Part shown: positions 49,619-61,301 of the stretch, piece by piece
How positions within the stretch are numbered: position 1 is the first letter of the stretch
Layout of the letters: every line of letters begins with the position of its first letter
Assembly (NCBI GenBank): GCA_963783175.1
Contig: CAWANG010000035.1
Location: 62,772 to 126,771, forward strand
DNA: 64,000 bases
Direction: 5' to 3'
Origin: an uncultured Alphaproteobacteria bacterium
GTDB taxonomy: Bacteria > Pseudomonadota > Alphaproteobacteria > Rhizobiales > Beijerinckiaceae
Made by a program: the position numbers and the translations under genes
The notes under the pieces: generated by a model
What the model was told of the DNA's origin: nothing
What the model saw: the letters and a program-made list of their open reading frames with translations, nothing else
Databases searched by the model: none

Positions 49619-51754
49619 CTATGGAGCCAATTCTATGACTTCGGTCAGAAGACCGGCCGGATCGGCGCTTTGGCCGACATGGATCTGGAACCGCCCCGGC
49701 TCCAGGACGCGATCGAGATTCGCGCCAATGAAAGACAGGTCATTGGTCGGGAGCCGCCACGTCACCTGCCCGCGCCCTCGACCCTTGAGGGCGATCTTGC
49801 GCACGCCCTTGAGCTCCAAGAGCGGGCGGGCGACGCTCGCGACCAGCTCGCGTACGAACAGGAACAGGGTCGCTTCGCCGTCGACGTCGCTGTCATTTCC
49901 GACCATTAGGGAGACCTGGACGAATTCGCCTGCCTTCGCCGAACTCGGATCGCACTTGAGATCGCCGAGCGCAAAGCGGCTATAGGACAGGCCGTGGCCA
50001 AACGGAAATTCCGGCGTCGCCAGCACATCGAGATATGAACTCGAGAAATGCTCTCCAGCCCTAGTCGGGCGGCCGGTCGGGCGCTGGGCGTAAAAAATCG
50101 GAACTTGGCCGACCACCCGCGGCCAGCTTAGCGGCAATCTTCCGGTCGGATTGAATCGTCCGGTCAACACGTCCGCGACCGCATGTCCGGCTTCGCAGCC
50201 GAGAAACCAGGTCGCAAGAACGGCGTCTGCGCGCTCGAACAACCAGGGCAGCGTCAGCGGGCGGCCCGAGGAAAGCACGACGACGACTGGCTTGCCGAGG
50301 TCGAAGACCGCCTCGGCGAGCGCGCGCTGGCGTCCCGGGAGGCCGAGGTCGGCTCGACTTGCCGCTTCCCCGCTCATCGCGGCGGCTTCGCCGAGGCACA
50401 TCACGACCACTTCGGCCCCGCGGCACAGATCGACCGCGGCCGAAATTCCATCCGTGCTCTGGCCCTCTATGTCGACGCCGGGCGCGTGATCGATCCGGCA
50501 TTGCGGCAGAGCGGCTTTGAGCCCTTCCAGAATCGACACGGCGTCCCGAGCGCGGCCCGCCGACGCCCACGGCCCCAGCATCTCGCGCGACGCGGCGGCC
50601 AGGGGGCCGATCAAAGCGATGCGCCGAATATCGGGCGAGAGGGGCAAGACTGCCGCACGGTCGGTCAAGAGCACGATCGCCCGTCGTCCGACCTCGCGCG
50701 CCAGGTCGCGACGCTCCGCGTCCCGGGCGCCGTGCGGCCATGCCGAGCCGCGCCGATAGGGGTCATCGAAAAGGCCGAGGCGGTCCTTCAGATCGAGCAC
50801 GCGCTTCACGCTGGCGTCGATCTCCGCCATTGTTACGAGACCGCGCTTGAGCGCCTCCGGCAGACCTCGAACGTAGATGTTGCTCGTCATGTCGATGTCG
50901 ACCCCGGCTTTGAGGGCCAGAGCGGCGGCATCGGCAGCGTCCGCCGCCACACCGTGGTTCATGAGTTCCGCGACGGCGTTATAGTCGCTGATCAACACGC
51001 CGTCGAAGCCGAGCTCTCCCCGCAGCCAGCCTCTCAGCAGCGGAGCGTTGGTTGTCATCGGCACGCCTGCAAGATCGACGAAAGCCGGCATGACCGCCGC
51101 CGTCCCCGCGGCGACCGCGGCAGAAAATGGCGGGAGGTAGATCTCGCGCAGCGTTCTCTCGGACACATCGACCGAGGCATATTCGCGCCCGGCGGTCACC
51201 GCGCCATAGGCGCAGAAGTGCTTGGCGGTGGCGGCGAGGCTGTCCGCGGCGGCAAGGTCCTGGCCCTGAAAGCCGAGCGTCTTGGCGGCGGCCATCTGCG
51301 AGGCCACCCATGGATCCTCGCCCGGGCCTTCGACGATGCGCCCCCAGCGCGGGTCGCGCGCAACGTCAAGCATCGGCGCAAAAGTCAAGGCGACGCCATC
51401 CTGGGTCGCTTCCTCGGCCGCTGAGCGCGCCGTTTTCTCCCATAGGTCGGGAGCAAACAGGCAAGCCTCCGCCAGCGGGACGGGAAAAATCGTGCGATGG
51501 CCGTGGATGACGTCGAGGCCCAGCAGAAGGGGCACGCCGAGGCGGGATTCTTCCACAGCGAGGCGCTGGACAGCACGCGCTTCGTCGGCGCCCCAGTGAT
51601 TGAGCAAGTTTCCGATCCGTCCCGCTCGAATCCCTTCATTGATGTCGTCGAGCTGGCCGGGACCGGTAACCGCCAGCGTGGAGGGGACCATGTTCAGCTG
51701 CCCGATCTTTTCCTCGATCGTCATCATCGCGAGCAGCGTATCGATGCGTCCCAT
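49619..51754 (-). CDS. GH3 beta-glucosidase (no signal peptide)
   Basis: GLDVIHG, ARDPRWGR, AKHFCAYG, LISDY, FPFGHGLSY, Fn3-like tail. Confidence 0.93.
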   Translation of the reverse strand: MGRIDTLLAMMTIEEKIGQLNMVPSTLAVTGPGQLDDINEGIRAGRIGNLLNHWGADEARAVQRLAVEESRLGVPLLLGLDVIHGHRTIFPVPLAEACLFAPDLWEKTARSAAEEATQDGVALTFAPMLDVARDPRWGRIVEGPGEDPWVASQMAAAKTLGFQGQDLAAADSLAATAKHFCAYGAVTAGREYASVDVSERTLREIYLPPFSAAVAAGTAAVMPAFVDLAGVPMTTNAPLLRGWLRGELGFDGVLISDYNAVAELMNHGVAADAADAAALALKAGVDIDMTSNIYVRGLPEALKRGLVTMAEIDASVKRVLDLKDRLGLFDDPYRRGSAWPHGARDAERRDLAREVGRRAIVLLTDRAAVLPLSPDIRRIALIGPLAAASREMLGPWASAGRARDAVSILEGLKAALPQCRIDHAPGVDIEGQSTDGISAAVDLCRGAEVVVMCLGEAAAMSGEAASRADLGLPGRQRALAEAVFDLGKPVVVVLSSGRPLTLPWLFERADAVLATWFLGCEAGHAVADVLTGRFNPTGRLPLSWPRVVGQVPIFYAQRPTGRPTRAGEHFSSSYLDVLATPEFPFGHGLSYSRFALGDLKCDPSSAKAGEFVQVSLMVGNDSDVDGEATLFLFVRELVASVARPLLELKGVRKIALKGRGRGQVTWRLPTNDLSFIGANLDRVLEPGRFQIHVGQSADPAGLLTEVIELAP

Positions 51755-51921
51755 GCTGTTGCCTTACCGTGAGTCGCGGGCGGATGGTCTCGACCCGCCA
51801 CGCTTCTTAGACCAAAATGAGGCTTCGGATGGAGCGCCCTGGCAACGGCCACCCGTTCGCGCGTCAAGACGACTTGGCCCGATCATGCGAGAATGGGCGC
51901 GGGGGAGACGGATCGAATTCG

Positions 51922-53752
51922 ATGGCGCAGCAATCAACTCAACCACCAGACGACCCGGCAAGCGCCGACAAGGCGACGCTGAGCAGTCTTTTTTCCGATT
52001 TCCTTTGGATGGCCGCAGGTTTCTGGGTCTCACCCCAGCGCAACAAGCTCATGGCGTTAGGCGGCGCGCTCGTCGCGGTCGTGGGCGGGACGGCCTACAT
52101 GCAGATCAGGCTCAATTCCTGGAACCGTCCATTCTACAATGCGCTGACCAACAAGGATATGCCGGGCTTCCTCTCACAGCTCGTGGTCTTCGGCGAGCTG
52201 GCGGGAATACTCCTCGTCCTCAACGTCGCGCAGATGTGGCTCAACCAGACCTCCAAGGTCGTTATGCGCCAGGGCTTGGTCGACGATCTCCTGGATGAGT
52301 GGCTCAAGCCGAAGCGGGCCTTTCGGCTGTCGAATTCGGGCGTCATCGGCGCCAACCCGGACCAGCGCCTGCAGGCTGACGCGCAGCATCTGACCGATCT
52401 TTCCACCGACCTGGGCATTGGCCTGCTGCAATCGAGTCTTCTTCTGTTGTTGTTTGTCGGCGTCCTCTGGGCGCTCTCGCGGGGCGAGTTCCTGCCTGTG
52501 GCCGGTCGCGACTTCGCCCCGCCCGGCTATCTGGTGTGGTGCGCGCTTCTCTACGCCGGCGCCGCGTCCTATCTGAGCTGGCGGGTCGGCCGTCCGCTGA
52601 TCAATCTCAATGCCGAGCACTATGCGCGAGAGGCTGAATTTCGTTTCGCGTTGGTGCGGATAAACGAGCACATCGACGGCATCACCCTCTACGGCGGCGA
52701 AACCGATGAGAGGCAGAGCCTCAACGGCGTGTTCGGCAGCGTGCTTGACATTTCGCGCCAAATTGTCAGCGCGGTTACGCGGCTGACCTGGGTTACCGCC
52801 GGCTACGGCTGGTTTACGATCATCGCCCCGATCCTGGTCGCGGCCCCAGCCTACTTCCAGGGTAAAATGAGCTTCGGCGAGCTCATGGTGATTGTCGGCG
52901 CTTTCAACCAAGTGCAAACGGCGCTTCGATGGTTCGTCGACAATTTCTCCAACCTCGCCGACTGGCGCGCGACGCTCTTGCGCGTCGCGAGGTTCCGCAA
53001 GGCGATCATGGGGATGGACGACCTCGGCCAGGCGACGAGCCGCATCCAGTTTGCCGAGGAAGCGGACCCTTCGATCAAGATTGACGACCTTCGCGTCGCC
53101 TCGCCCGTGGGCTGCGTCATGCTGAGCGAGCCGCACGCTAGTATGAACGCCAGAGAGCGGGTGTTAATCACCAGTGAGAACGGCGAGCACAAGGCCGTGC
53201 TGTTTCGCGCCGTCGGCGGACTTTGGCCGTGGGGGAGCGGCCGGATCACATCCCCGGCGCGGAACAGCATCATGTTCATGCCGGTCCGCGCCTATATCCC
53301 GCCCGGCACCCTCCGCGCGGCCGTCGCCTACCCGACGCGCAGCCCAGGACTATGAGGCTCCCGCCATCGTCAAGGCGCTCGCCGCCGTCGGACTCGGCCA
53401 CCTCGAGCCCCACCTCGATAAGGAGAACCGATGGGACCGGGAGCTGACCGACAACGAGAAACAATGCGTGGCTTTTGCCCGGGTCATTCTGCAAAGACCG
53501 GGCTGGATTGTCGTGAATGACGCGCTCGACGTCCTCGATCCAGAATCACGAATGCTCATAAGGTCGCTCTTCCAGGGTGAATTTGCCGATCTGGGCATCA
53601 TCAATATTGGCCATGACCTGCCTGACAGCCCTTTCTATGGCCGCAAGTTGCATATCGTCCTGGACCCTCTCGGGGTGACCTTCACGCCCGAAAGCGAGCA
53701 CGGAATCCCGGAGGCGACCAATTCCGCCTCCGAATCTGTTTCGGCCGGATAG
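51922..53752 (+). CDS. SbmA/BacA-type (ABCD/YddA-like) fused ABC transporter; +1 frameshift near 53335; degenerate ATPase motifs
   Basis: RLNSWNRPFYNAL, NPDQRLQAD, REAEFRFALVR; second frame continues WDRELTDNEKQCVAFARVILQRP. Walker A region reads SENGEHKA and the signature LTDNE. Confidence 0.85.
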
Positions 53753-53849
53753 CGATGGGCGCGGACCAGGCGCCTGCGTTGGCTGCCGATGTGCCGCGTT
53801 TCCCGGTCGCGCATTTCGGAGGCGCTCCGACGCGCGGCCGCGAAGTCAA

Positions 53850-56721
53850 TCAGAAGTCGATTTCGAGCCGGCTCCAGTTCCTGGTCGTGATGACGTCGGC
53901 CCGGATGTCGCACGGACGGCCGTCCGCCCGGGCGTGCTTCGCCCCCGGATAGCGCACGAGGATTCGCTCGGGCGCCGGACCTGTAAGGGAAAGGTCGACC
54001 GTCACGCGGCGTCGCTCCCGCCGCGCCCCTCAGATTGGCGACGCCGAAGGCCGTCGGGAGGTCGTTGAGCGTTATGCCCCCGCCGGCCCACCAGCCGTCA
54101 GGCGCGGCGCGGAAGAGTTCGAGCATAGGGCCGTTTTCCCTCAGCAACATGCGCCGGATGGCGCAGGAGAACTCTGCGCCGATCCAGGTGTGGGGCATGT
54201 CGCCGATATATTCCGGCGCCCGCATGTCGGCCCACACGACCTCGGCCCAGCCGCGCCAGCCGCGCGGCCTTCGACATGCGAGCATGACCGAAAGCAGGCG
54301 GAAGGCGTCGTCGTATCGTCCCAAAGACACGAAAGCGTCGATGTTGCGCAAGTCATAGGGCGAGTAGTTGGCTTTGAAACCAGCCGCAGAAATCTCCCTC
54401 ACGCGGGCGGCGGCGCGATCGTACGTGGCCGCGACCAACTCGGGCGGAAGCGCGTCCTCAACTCGGCAGGGTTCGAAGGCGATCGAGGTCGCGGTCGGAT
54501 CGATGTCGTCGCGGTCTGCGGAGCCCGGGATGAGGCCGGTCTTCATCTTCTCGGCGGTCATGCGGATCGAGCGCGTCAGGTTCGCGGCGAACTCACGGCC
54601 CATCGCGTTGGCGTGAGCCGCCACGGTCTTGTCGCCGATTTCGCGCGCCAGATATTCGCAGTTGCGCCACGCGCTCAGAGCAAAATAGTCGTCCCAATAG
54701 CTGTACGACGGCTTGCTGTAGCCCTCGTGGCTGATCGATGGCGCGAGGAGGCCGTGGAAGCGCGTCTCGGGCTTGTGCTCGGCGTCCGTTCGCGCGCAAA
54801 GCTCCTCGATGAACCGCGTCGCGCGGACAACGGGCTCAAAAATCGCGGCGAGGAAGGCGCGGTCGCGGCTGACGCGATAGACGGCGGCGGCGATTCCCAC
54901 GAACTCGCCCTGCGCGTCGAACTCGATGTCGCTGCCGTAGCCCCTGTTCACCGTGCCGTCCACGTTGAGGATCGGCGGAGCCATGCCGTTCTTGTAGATA
55001 CGCTTCGCGTACCAGACGACATACGCCTTGGCCTCATTAATGAGGCCTGCCCACAGCAGAGCGAGGGCTTGCGCTGAGCCGTCGCGAATCCAGGTGCGGT
55101 CATAGTTGCGGGGACCGGGTTTGAACGCGTGTTCCGTGGAATTGACGAGGATGAAGGCCGTCTGCGCTTCGACCGTGTCGCTCACTTCCGGGTCGCCGAC
55201 CGTCATCTTTCGCGGGCCGATCTTCGCCCGCCAGTCCTGCGCGACGGTCTCGCGCAAGGCGTCGAACGGGGCGGCCCGCGGCTTAACGCCGTCCCGCATC
55301 GGCGACGCCACGACGATGGCGAAGCTCGCGCCTGGCGCGAGGGAGAAGGCGAATTCGCAAGCCGCGCTGAGGAGGCCAGAGTCGGAGCGAAGGCTCGGCG
55401 CGGTCTTTCTGGGTCCTTTCTCGATCAGCCTGACCACATCGCCGTTGTCGAACTCGGCGACGGCGAACCAGTCGGGCTGACGCGAGAACGCAGCGTAGGG
55501 CCGGTCGTTGACGCTAAGCTCGCTGCCGTCAACTGCGATGGAATTGATGGCGGCGTGGCCGCCGTGCTGCCAGTAGGGATCGACCTGCACGGGGCGCACC
55601 GCGAGCAAGAGCGCGCCCTTCCGCGCCGCGGCGCTCCTGTTCGTGACCCGATGCTCCACGACCGCAAGTCCCTCGTGAGCAAGCGCTGTGCTGCGAACCT
55701 CAACCTCGCCGGCCGCCCACTCGACGGTCGGAATGGGCAGCGAGCCGCCGGCAAGGGCATGGCGGATCGAGGCGCTCGCCGGCGCGCCGTGCAGCGTGCG
55801 GCCGAGGCGGATGAGGGGGGTGATCTGGGGGGAGCCGCGCTGCGGTTCGAGATTGCCATATTCGTCGAAAAGCGCCTCCCCGGCCTCATCATATTCGCCG
55901 AGCGCAGTCCAGTAGATCTGGCGACCGAGAAGCGACTGCGGATAAAGGTCGCCACGCCCGGCCGCCGCCGCACGTTCGAGCTGGCCGATCGGCATCCGAT
56001 CCTTGTTCAGTATGCGGAGCTTGAGCTCGTTGACAATCGCGCCCTCCGCCGCGCTCGTTTCGTGCACGGTCAAGCGAAAATAGCGGCTCGTGGTCGAACG
56101 CCACCAGAAGCTGTCGCTGCCGCCATTGCCGGTCAGGATGCGGCCGACCTCGCGAAAGCTCTCGCCATCATCGGAGAGGTAAACCGAGAAGTCGGCTCCG
56201 TAAGCGGCGCCCCATTCGATGAACGCCCCGAGCGGAGAGCGCACATAGCCGAAGTCGACCGTGATGCTCTCGCCTTTGGGAAGCTTCACCGGGGCAAAGC
56301 CGAGCGCCGCAACCCGGCCCTTTTCCTCCACCGACGCCGCGTCGGCGGGACCATAGAGGTTGATCTCGACGATCTCGTTTCCTCGCTCGGCCTGCGGGTC
56401 GTCGCAGGTCCAGCGCACGAATCGCGCCTTGACCGGAGGGAAAGCAAACACGTCCTGACCGCCCTCGCCGTGGCGCGTCCGACAAAGATGGGTCCATCGC
56501 TTGCCGTCGAGCGAAGACTTGAATCCGTAGACCACCGGCGCATCCGGGCCCCAATAGACCTCGAGTCCGGCGAGGGTGGCGGCCTTGCCGAGGTCGATCT
56601 TGAGCCACGGCTTTTTCGCCGGCTTCGCCTTCCAAGTCGTGGCGTAGTGGTCGTCGATCGCGAGATGCGGATCGCCGCTGCTGGCGGTAGCCTTCCACCG
56701 ATCCTTGCGCGGCGCTTTCAT
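53850..56721 (-). CDS. Discoidin (F5/8-type C)-domain protein with (alpha/alpha)6 glycosidase-like catalytic domain; +1 frameshift at 54026-54029
   Basis: AIDDHYATTW...WLKIDLG, RYFRL; PRNYDRTWIRDG, EFDAQGEF, PSISHEGY, SYWDD, GDMPHTW. Removing one G gives a natural end ...RLEIDF* at 53850. Confidence 0.8.
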
Positions 56722-56780
56722 CTAGAGCTCCGTTCGATCGCGCCGCGGGCGCCGAGACCCGCAGATTCATGCCGCCTTCA

Positions 56781-59700
56781 TCACCGCCGCGGCGAGCCGC
56801 CACCGGGCCTGCCAGGCCATGCGAGGGTGAGATCTTTGCGCGACTTTCTGAGGCCTGACGACACGATTCGCTTGCCGAATTCGCGTCGCAACCCGAAGGT
56901 ATGACGAATGAGCATGTTGGCATAAAGGCCGGGGCCGCTCGAATACACGCGCCAGCCGCCGTCGACGGCGATCGAGTTCGCTTTGACGCGCGCCCACTCG
57001 TCGCTGGCCTGATAGCGGTCGTGGAAGGCGGCGTCGCTGCTGCTGAAATAAGCATTGCGCTGCCTCAGCAAAGCGTGCGGAAGCTCATCCGTGACGGCGA
57101 TCGGGTTGGCGACCAACAGCGCCTCCCACAGCGCGGCGAATTCGTCCATGTCGCTCACTGCCTCGCCGTAGCGCAGATGCGAATGCGTATACATGAGCCC
57201 GATTTCGCGGCCGAAGAACGCAGCCGATTCCGCACGCTGAAAGAACGTCTCGGGTCCGCCGTGGTAGGCGATCGGCTTGTCCATGAGGCGCGCGCCATCG
57301 GAAAACAGCAGATGCTCGCGGATCAGCCCGAGATGGCGGCGCGCCTGCGTTTTGGTGAAGATCCCGCCGATGATGCCCTGCGTCATCGGCAGCAGCGAGA
57401 AGGAGAGACCCGTCTGCTCGTCGCTCGGATGAAGCAAGAGCTCGGGCGGGCTGCCTTCGGGTTTGAACACGCCGTAGCCCGCAACGACGCCGTCGCGAAT
57501 CAGAAAACGATTGAAGTCCATGCGCATCGCCGCGGCGAGGGCGTCGAGTTCCCTGGCGCTCTTGGCCCGACGTCCGGCGTGGCGCAGGATTGCGGCGTAG
57601 CGGCGTAGCTGCTCGTAGAGGAGCGCGACGGTCCAGCTGCTCGACCATCCAATCGCGCTTCGCCGGATCGACGGGTTGCAGCGAATCGTTCCAATCGCCG
57701 TTGCCATACCGTATCAGGCTGGTGCCGGGAATGAAGCGGGCGCGCACCGTCTCGATCAGCTTGTCGATGTGGCCTGTCAGCGGGTCGGCGTGCGCAGTCT
57801 TCTCGAAATTGTCCTCGCGGCGCCACGCGATCGTCTCATCGAGGACAGCAAAATCGCCGGTAGCTTCGATATAGTCGCAGAGCGCCTTAAGCGGCCAGAC
57901 GATGATGTCGCCGGCCGACTCCTTGCTCTGAATGGCGGAATAGGGTTCGAGCATGAACCACTGCGGCCAGTCGCCGCTGTCCGCGTATTGCTGAGCGAAG
58001 ATAATGCGTAGGATTTCCTTCACCGGCTCGTCATGCTCGAGGGTCAGCAACAGTTCGATCGATCCCTGGCAGACGTCGCGCGTACCCCAGGCACCGCCGG
58101 TATATTGTTCGAGACCGTGAGGCGCGGTGAGATGGATCATGCCGTCGTGGGCGAGCCAGGGGAGGATCGTATCCACGGCGAGCGCGTCGGCGGAATTCTT
58201 GGCGCTCTTCACGCGAATGCCGCGGGTGAGATTGCGCCAGAAGCGGTCGGCGGGCTTGAGCATCTGAGCTTCGTCGACAGGCCTTGCGTATTTCGCGGCC
58301 CAAGCCATCGCCTGCTTCGCGTCGATCATCGAGCCGATTACCGCGAACGCGAATTCGCTGGTCGGACGCGTTCGGATCGCGGCGTAAGCGCCGCTGCGTC
58401 GCTTTCCGTCGGCGTAGAGCAGTTCGTCGCCGCCCATCGCCTCGATGCGCCCAGGCGTGCTTGTCACCAAGTGATAAACGGCCGCTGGATATTGCTGACC
58501 CCAGCGATCATCGGGATCAGGCCGGAAGTTGAAGCGCTTTCCCCCTGCGTCGATCTCAACTCGACCGTGATGGGCGAATTCCTGTTCGCCGAGGACGAGA
58601 TGGCCGTAAACGAGGAAGCGGCATTTTGCGCCTTCAACGGTCACCCGCCATTGCATTGCGGGTTCGTCGCCGGAAACGGTCGCGGAAATGGTGACGGTCC
58701 GCTCGCCGACCCGATAGACCCAGCGGCAATCGCTCAAGCCCATCTCGAAGGCGGAGGGAACGGTCAAAAGCCGCCATCCATCCTCCGTTTCCATGAGCAT
58801 CCTGAGCCCGCTGGCGCGGGTGATGTTGTAGGGATCGCGCGAGACGGAAAAGAGCTTGTGGAACGACGTGTTGCCGATGGTGAGCTGGGCGCCGAACACG
58901 CCGTGCATCCATGCGGTCGCGCACAAGATTGCGTCGTCCGGCAGCATCTCCTCGCCGCTGCGCGCGAGCGCCCCGTGGCGGCGCGCAACCACACGCTCCT
59001 TGTCGCGCAGGACGATGTGACGGCTATGCGTTCGCCCCGGCGTGAAGAGAGACAGAAGTTGGCCGTCGACCCGTTCGACGTGGATGCGCTTTCGGTAGCG
59101 CGCCCGGATCGCTTTCTCGTCGAGCGCCTCGGCGACGGCAGGCGGCGCATCCTGAACCAGAGAGCGCGGCGGAACCGAAAGGGCGAGTTCGCGCGGCGCC
59201 CAATCCTCGCCGGCGCGCTCGACGGCTTCGATCAGGCTGAGGTCGGCGTCGCTCGACGCCGCGGGATGATCGGGCGCGAAGACGCCAAAAAACGTCCGCG
59301 ACGTCGCTGCGCCAGCCGCAAGCGACGCAGCCTTCGACTGCAGGGCGGCGCATGCCGTCTCAAACTGAAGCCGCTTCGAAGGCAGGGCCGTCCCAAACCC
59401 GCAGCCGAACTGATCCGCGTCACGGTAGCCTGGTCCCATCAGGTCGCGATAATCGGTCGCGAAGCCGGCGGCGCCTTCCAGGCAGCCATGCGCAGTCCAG
59501 GGATATGTTCCCCCTTGCGAAAGGTTCTGCCGGCTCATGAGAACATGGCTCAGGCGCGGATGCGCGGCGACATGGTGATCCATATACTGACTGGCGTAGG
59601 CCTCGTTGTTCATCAGGAAGCCCTGGTCTCCGAGCCCGAGATCCTGGATGAAAACGGCGTCGCAGGAGAGCTCGCTCTCGCGCCGGTTGACAATATCGAG

Positions 59701-60072
59701 CCGCCAGAACCAGGCGTTCGAGTTCGGGTGCAGCCAGAGGGTGACCCGATGGCTGACGGCGCGATGCTCCCCCTCCCAGACAAAGCGGTCATCTGAGCCG
59801 CCGATGCGGAGCCCCGCCTCGGGACCGATCACCGGCACGATTGCCGGCTCGGACCCGCCGACGCGCAGGAAAAGGCGCCCCATGCCGCTGGCGATGGGCG
59901 AGCCGAGCACCTGATTGATCATGATCCGGCGCTTCGGCTCGACATGCTCGATGGCGAAGATCGCGCCGCTTGGCAGAAGAGAGATGGAGAGCCCGGCGCT
60001 ATTGGCGATCTGCACGAGGCCGAGATCGTCTCGCCGCGGCGTCGTCAGGCACTCTGTTGAAGACTTCGACAT
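56781..60072 (-). CDS. Large GH94-type glycoside phosphorylase (1,2-beta-oligoglucan phosphorylase-like); +1 frameshift at 57642
   Basis: HGLEQYTGGAWGTRDVCQG, WPQWFM, GDWNDSLQP, REIGLMYTHSHLRY, YFSSSDAAF, WRVYSSGPG; about 1096 aa after joining (removing one G restores WMVSSWTV). Confidence 0.85.
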
Positions 60073-60095
60073 TGCCTATTCCTTGAACGGCCTTG

Positions 60096-61301
60096 TCACT
60101 CCGGCAAAGCCAACAGCCTCTTTATCCACCCCGCAAACCTGGCGCCGAGCGAGTTCAGGACAAGTCGCGGAAGATTGATCGGTTTCGACTCGCCCTTGCT
60201 TGATCGACCAGTCAGATGGTCTTCGAGGTTGCGCGAGAACTCGGCGATCATTCGGCCGGCGAGATTTCGCACCAGACTAGGGCGCCCGAATTGGGCGAGC
60301 GCGCCTTTGAGGGCGTAGCCGACCGCGAGCTCGACGCGGGCGGTCCCCGGCTCCTCGCCGCCGACAACGCGATAGCGAATTTCGCCTTGCATGGTCGAGC
60401 GCTCGCCGGCGTCGGCGCCCGCTCCCAGGATTCGACCGGCAAGTTTTTCTTCATCCCGTTCGATCAGGGCGGTCCCACGAAAGACCGGAGAGATCGGCCC
60501 AAATCTGATGCGAATGCCGCCCTCGACCCGGTTCGGCGTCGGCTCGCCGTCGACCATTGCTCCGGGAATGCAATCCGCGATCTCGCGGATACGGGCAAAC
60601 GCGGCAAACACCTCCGCCGGAGGGCGGCGAATAGTGAAGCTCTGCTCGAAACTGTCTGTCGGCCTGAACGGCGCGGCGACATTCGCGGCCGGCGGGGCAA
60701 TCCGCGGGGCCGCGGTCTTCGGCTGCGCGTTCGCCACTGCGAGGCCGGATCCGATCCGCGCCCCGATCGGACCCAAGCCGCGCTGAGGGTTAGCGACGAT
60801 CGCGGCGATCCCGCGCTCGCGTCGGGCGGCGATGACGCTTCGGACCGCCTGGACGATGCCGACATAGCCGGTGCAGCGGCACAGATTGCCGCTGAGGCCC
60901 AACCGGATGCGCCGCTCGTCGGGCTCCCGAAGGCGAAGAACAAGATCGCGGGCGGAGACCAGCATTCCCGGCGTGCAGAATCCGCACTGCAACGCGTGCT
61001 CGCGGTTGAAGGCGGCGCGCAGCTCGATCGCGATCTCGTCGCCATTGAGGCCCTCGATCGTGGTCACGTCGGCGTCGCCGCAGACGGCGGCAAAGGTGAT
61101 GCACGAGCGGACCGGCTCGCCGTCGACGAGAAGGGTGCAGGCGCCGCAAATCCCATGCTCACAGCCAAGATGCGTGCCCGTGAGATTGAGCGCCTCGCGC
61201 AGGAAGTCAGCGAGATGCAGACGAGGCTCGACCTCAGCCGAAACGGCGTAGCCGTTGACGCTGAGCGAGAGGGTCATCGTCGGCTCCTGCGTCGCGATCA
61301 T
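60096..61301 (-). CDS. 2Fe-2S subunit (CoxS-like) fused to a CoxG/SRPBCC domain
   Basis: GCEHGICGAC, QCGFCTPG, GNLCRCTGY, then FEQSFTI...CIPGA...QFGRPSLV; ATGA overlap with the FAD subunit. Confidence 0.88.
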   Translation of the reverse strand: MIATQEPTMTLSLSVNGYAVSAEVEPRLHLADFLREALNLTGTHLGCEHGICGACTLLVDGEPVRSCITFAAVCGDADVTTIEGLNGDEIAIELRAAFNREHALQCGFCTPGMLVSARDLVLRLREPDERRIRLGLSGNLCRCTGYVGIVQAVRSVIAARRERGIAAIVANPQRGLGPIGARIGSGLAVANAQPKTAAPRIAPPAANVAAPFRPTDSFEQSFTIRRPPAEVFAAFARIREIADCIPGAMVDGEPTPNRVEGGIRIRFGPISPVFRGTALIERDEEKLAGRILGAGADAGERSTMQGEIRYRVVGGEEPGTARVELAVGYALKGALAQFGRPSLVRNLAGRMIAEFSRNLEDHLTGRSSKGESKPINLPRLVLNSLGARFAGWIKRLLALPE

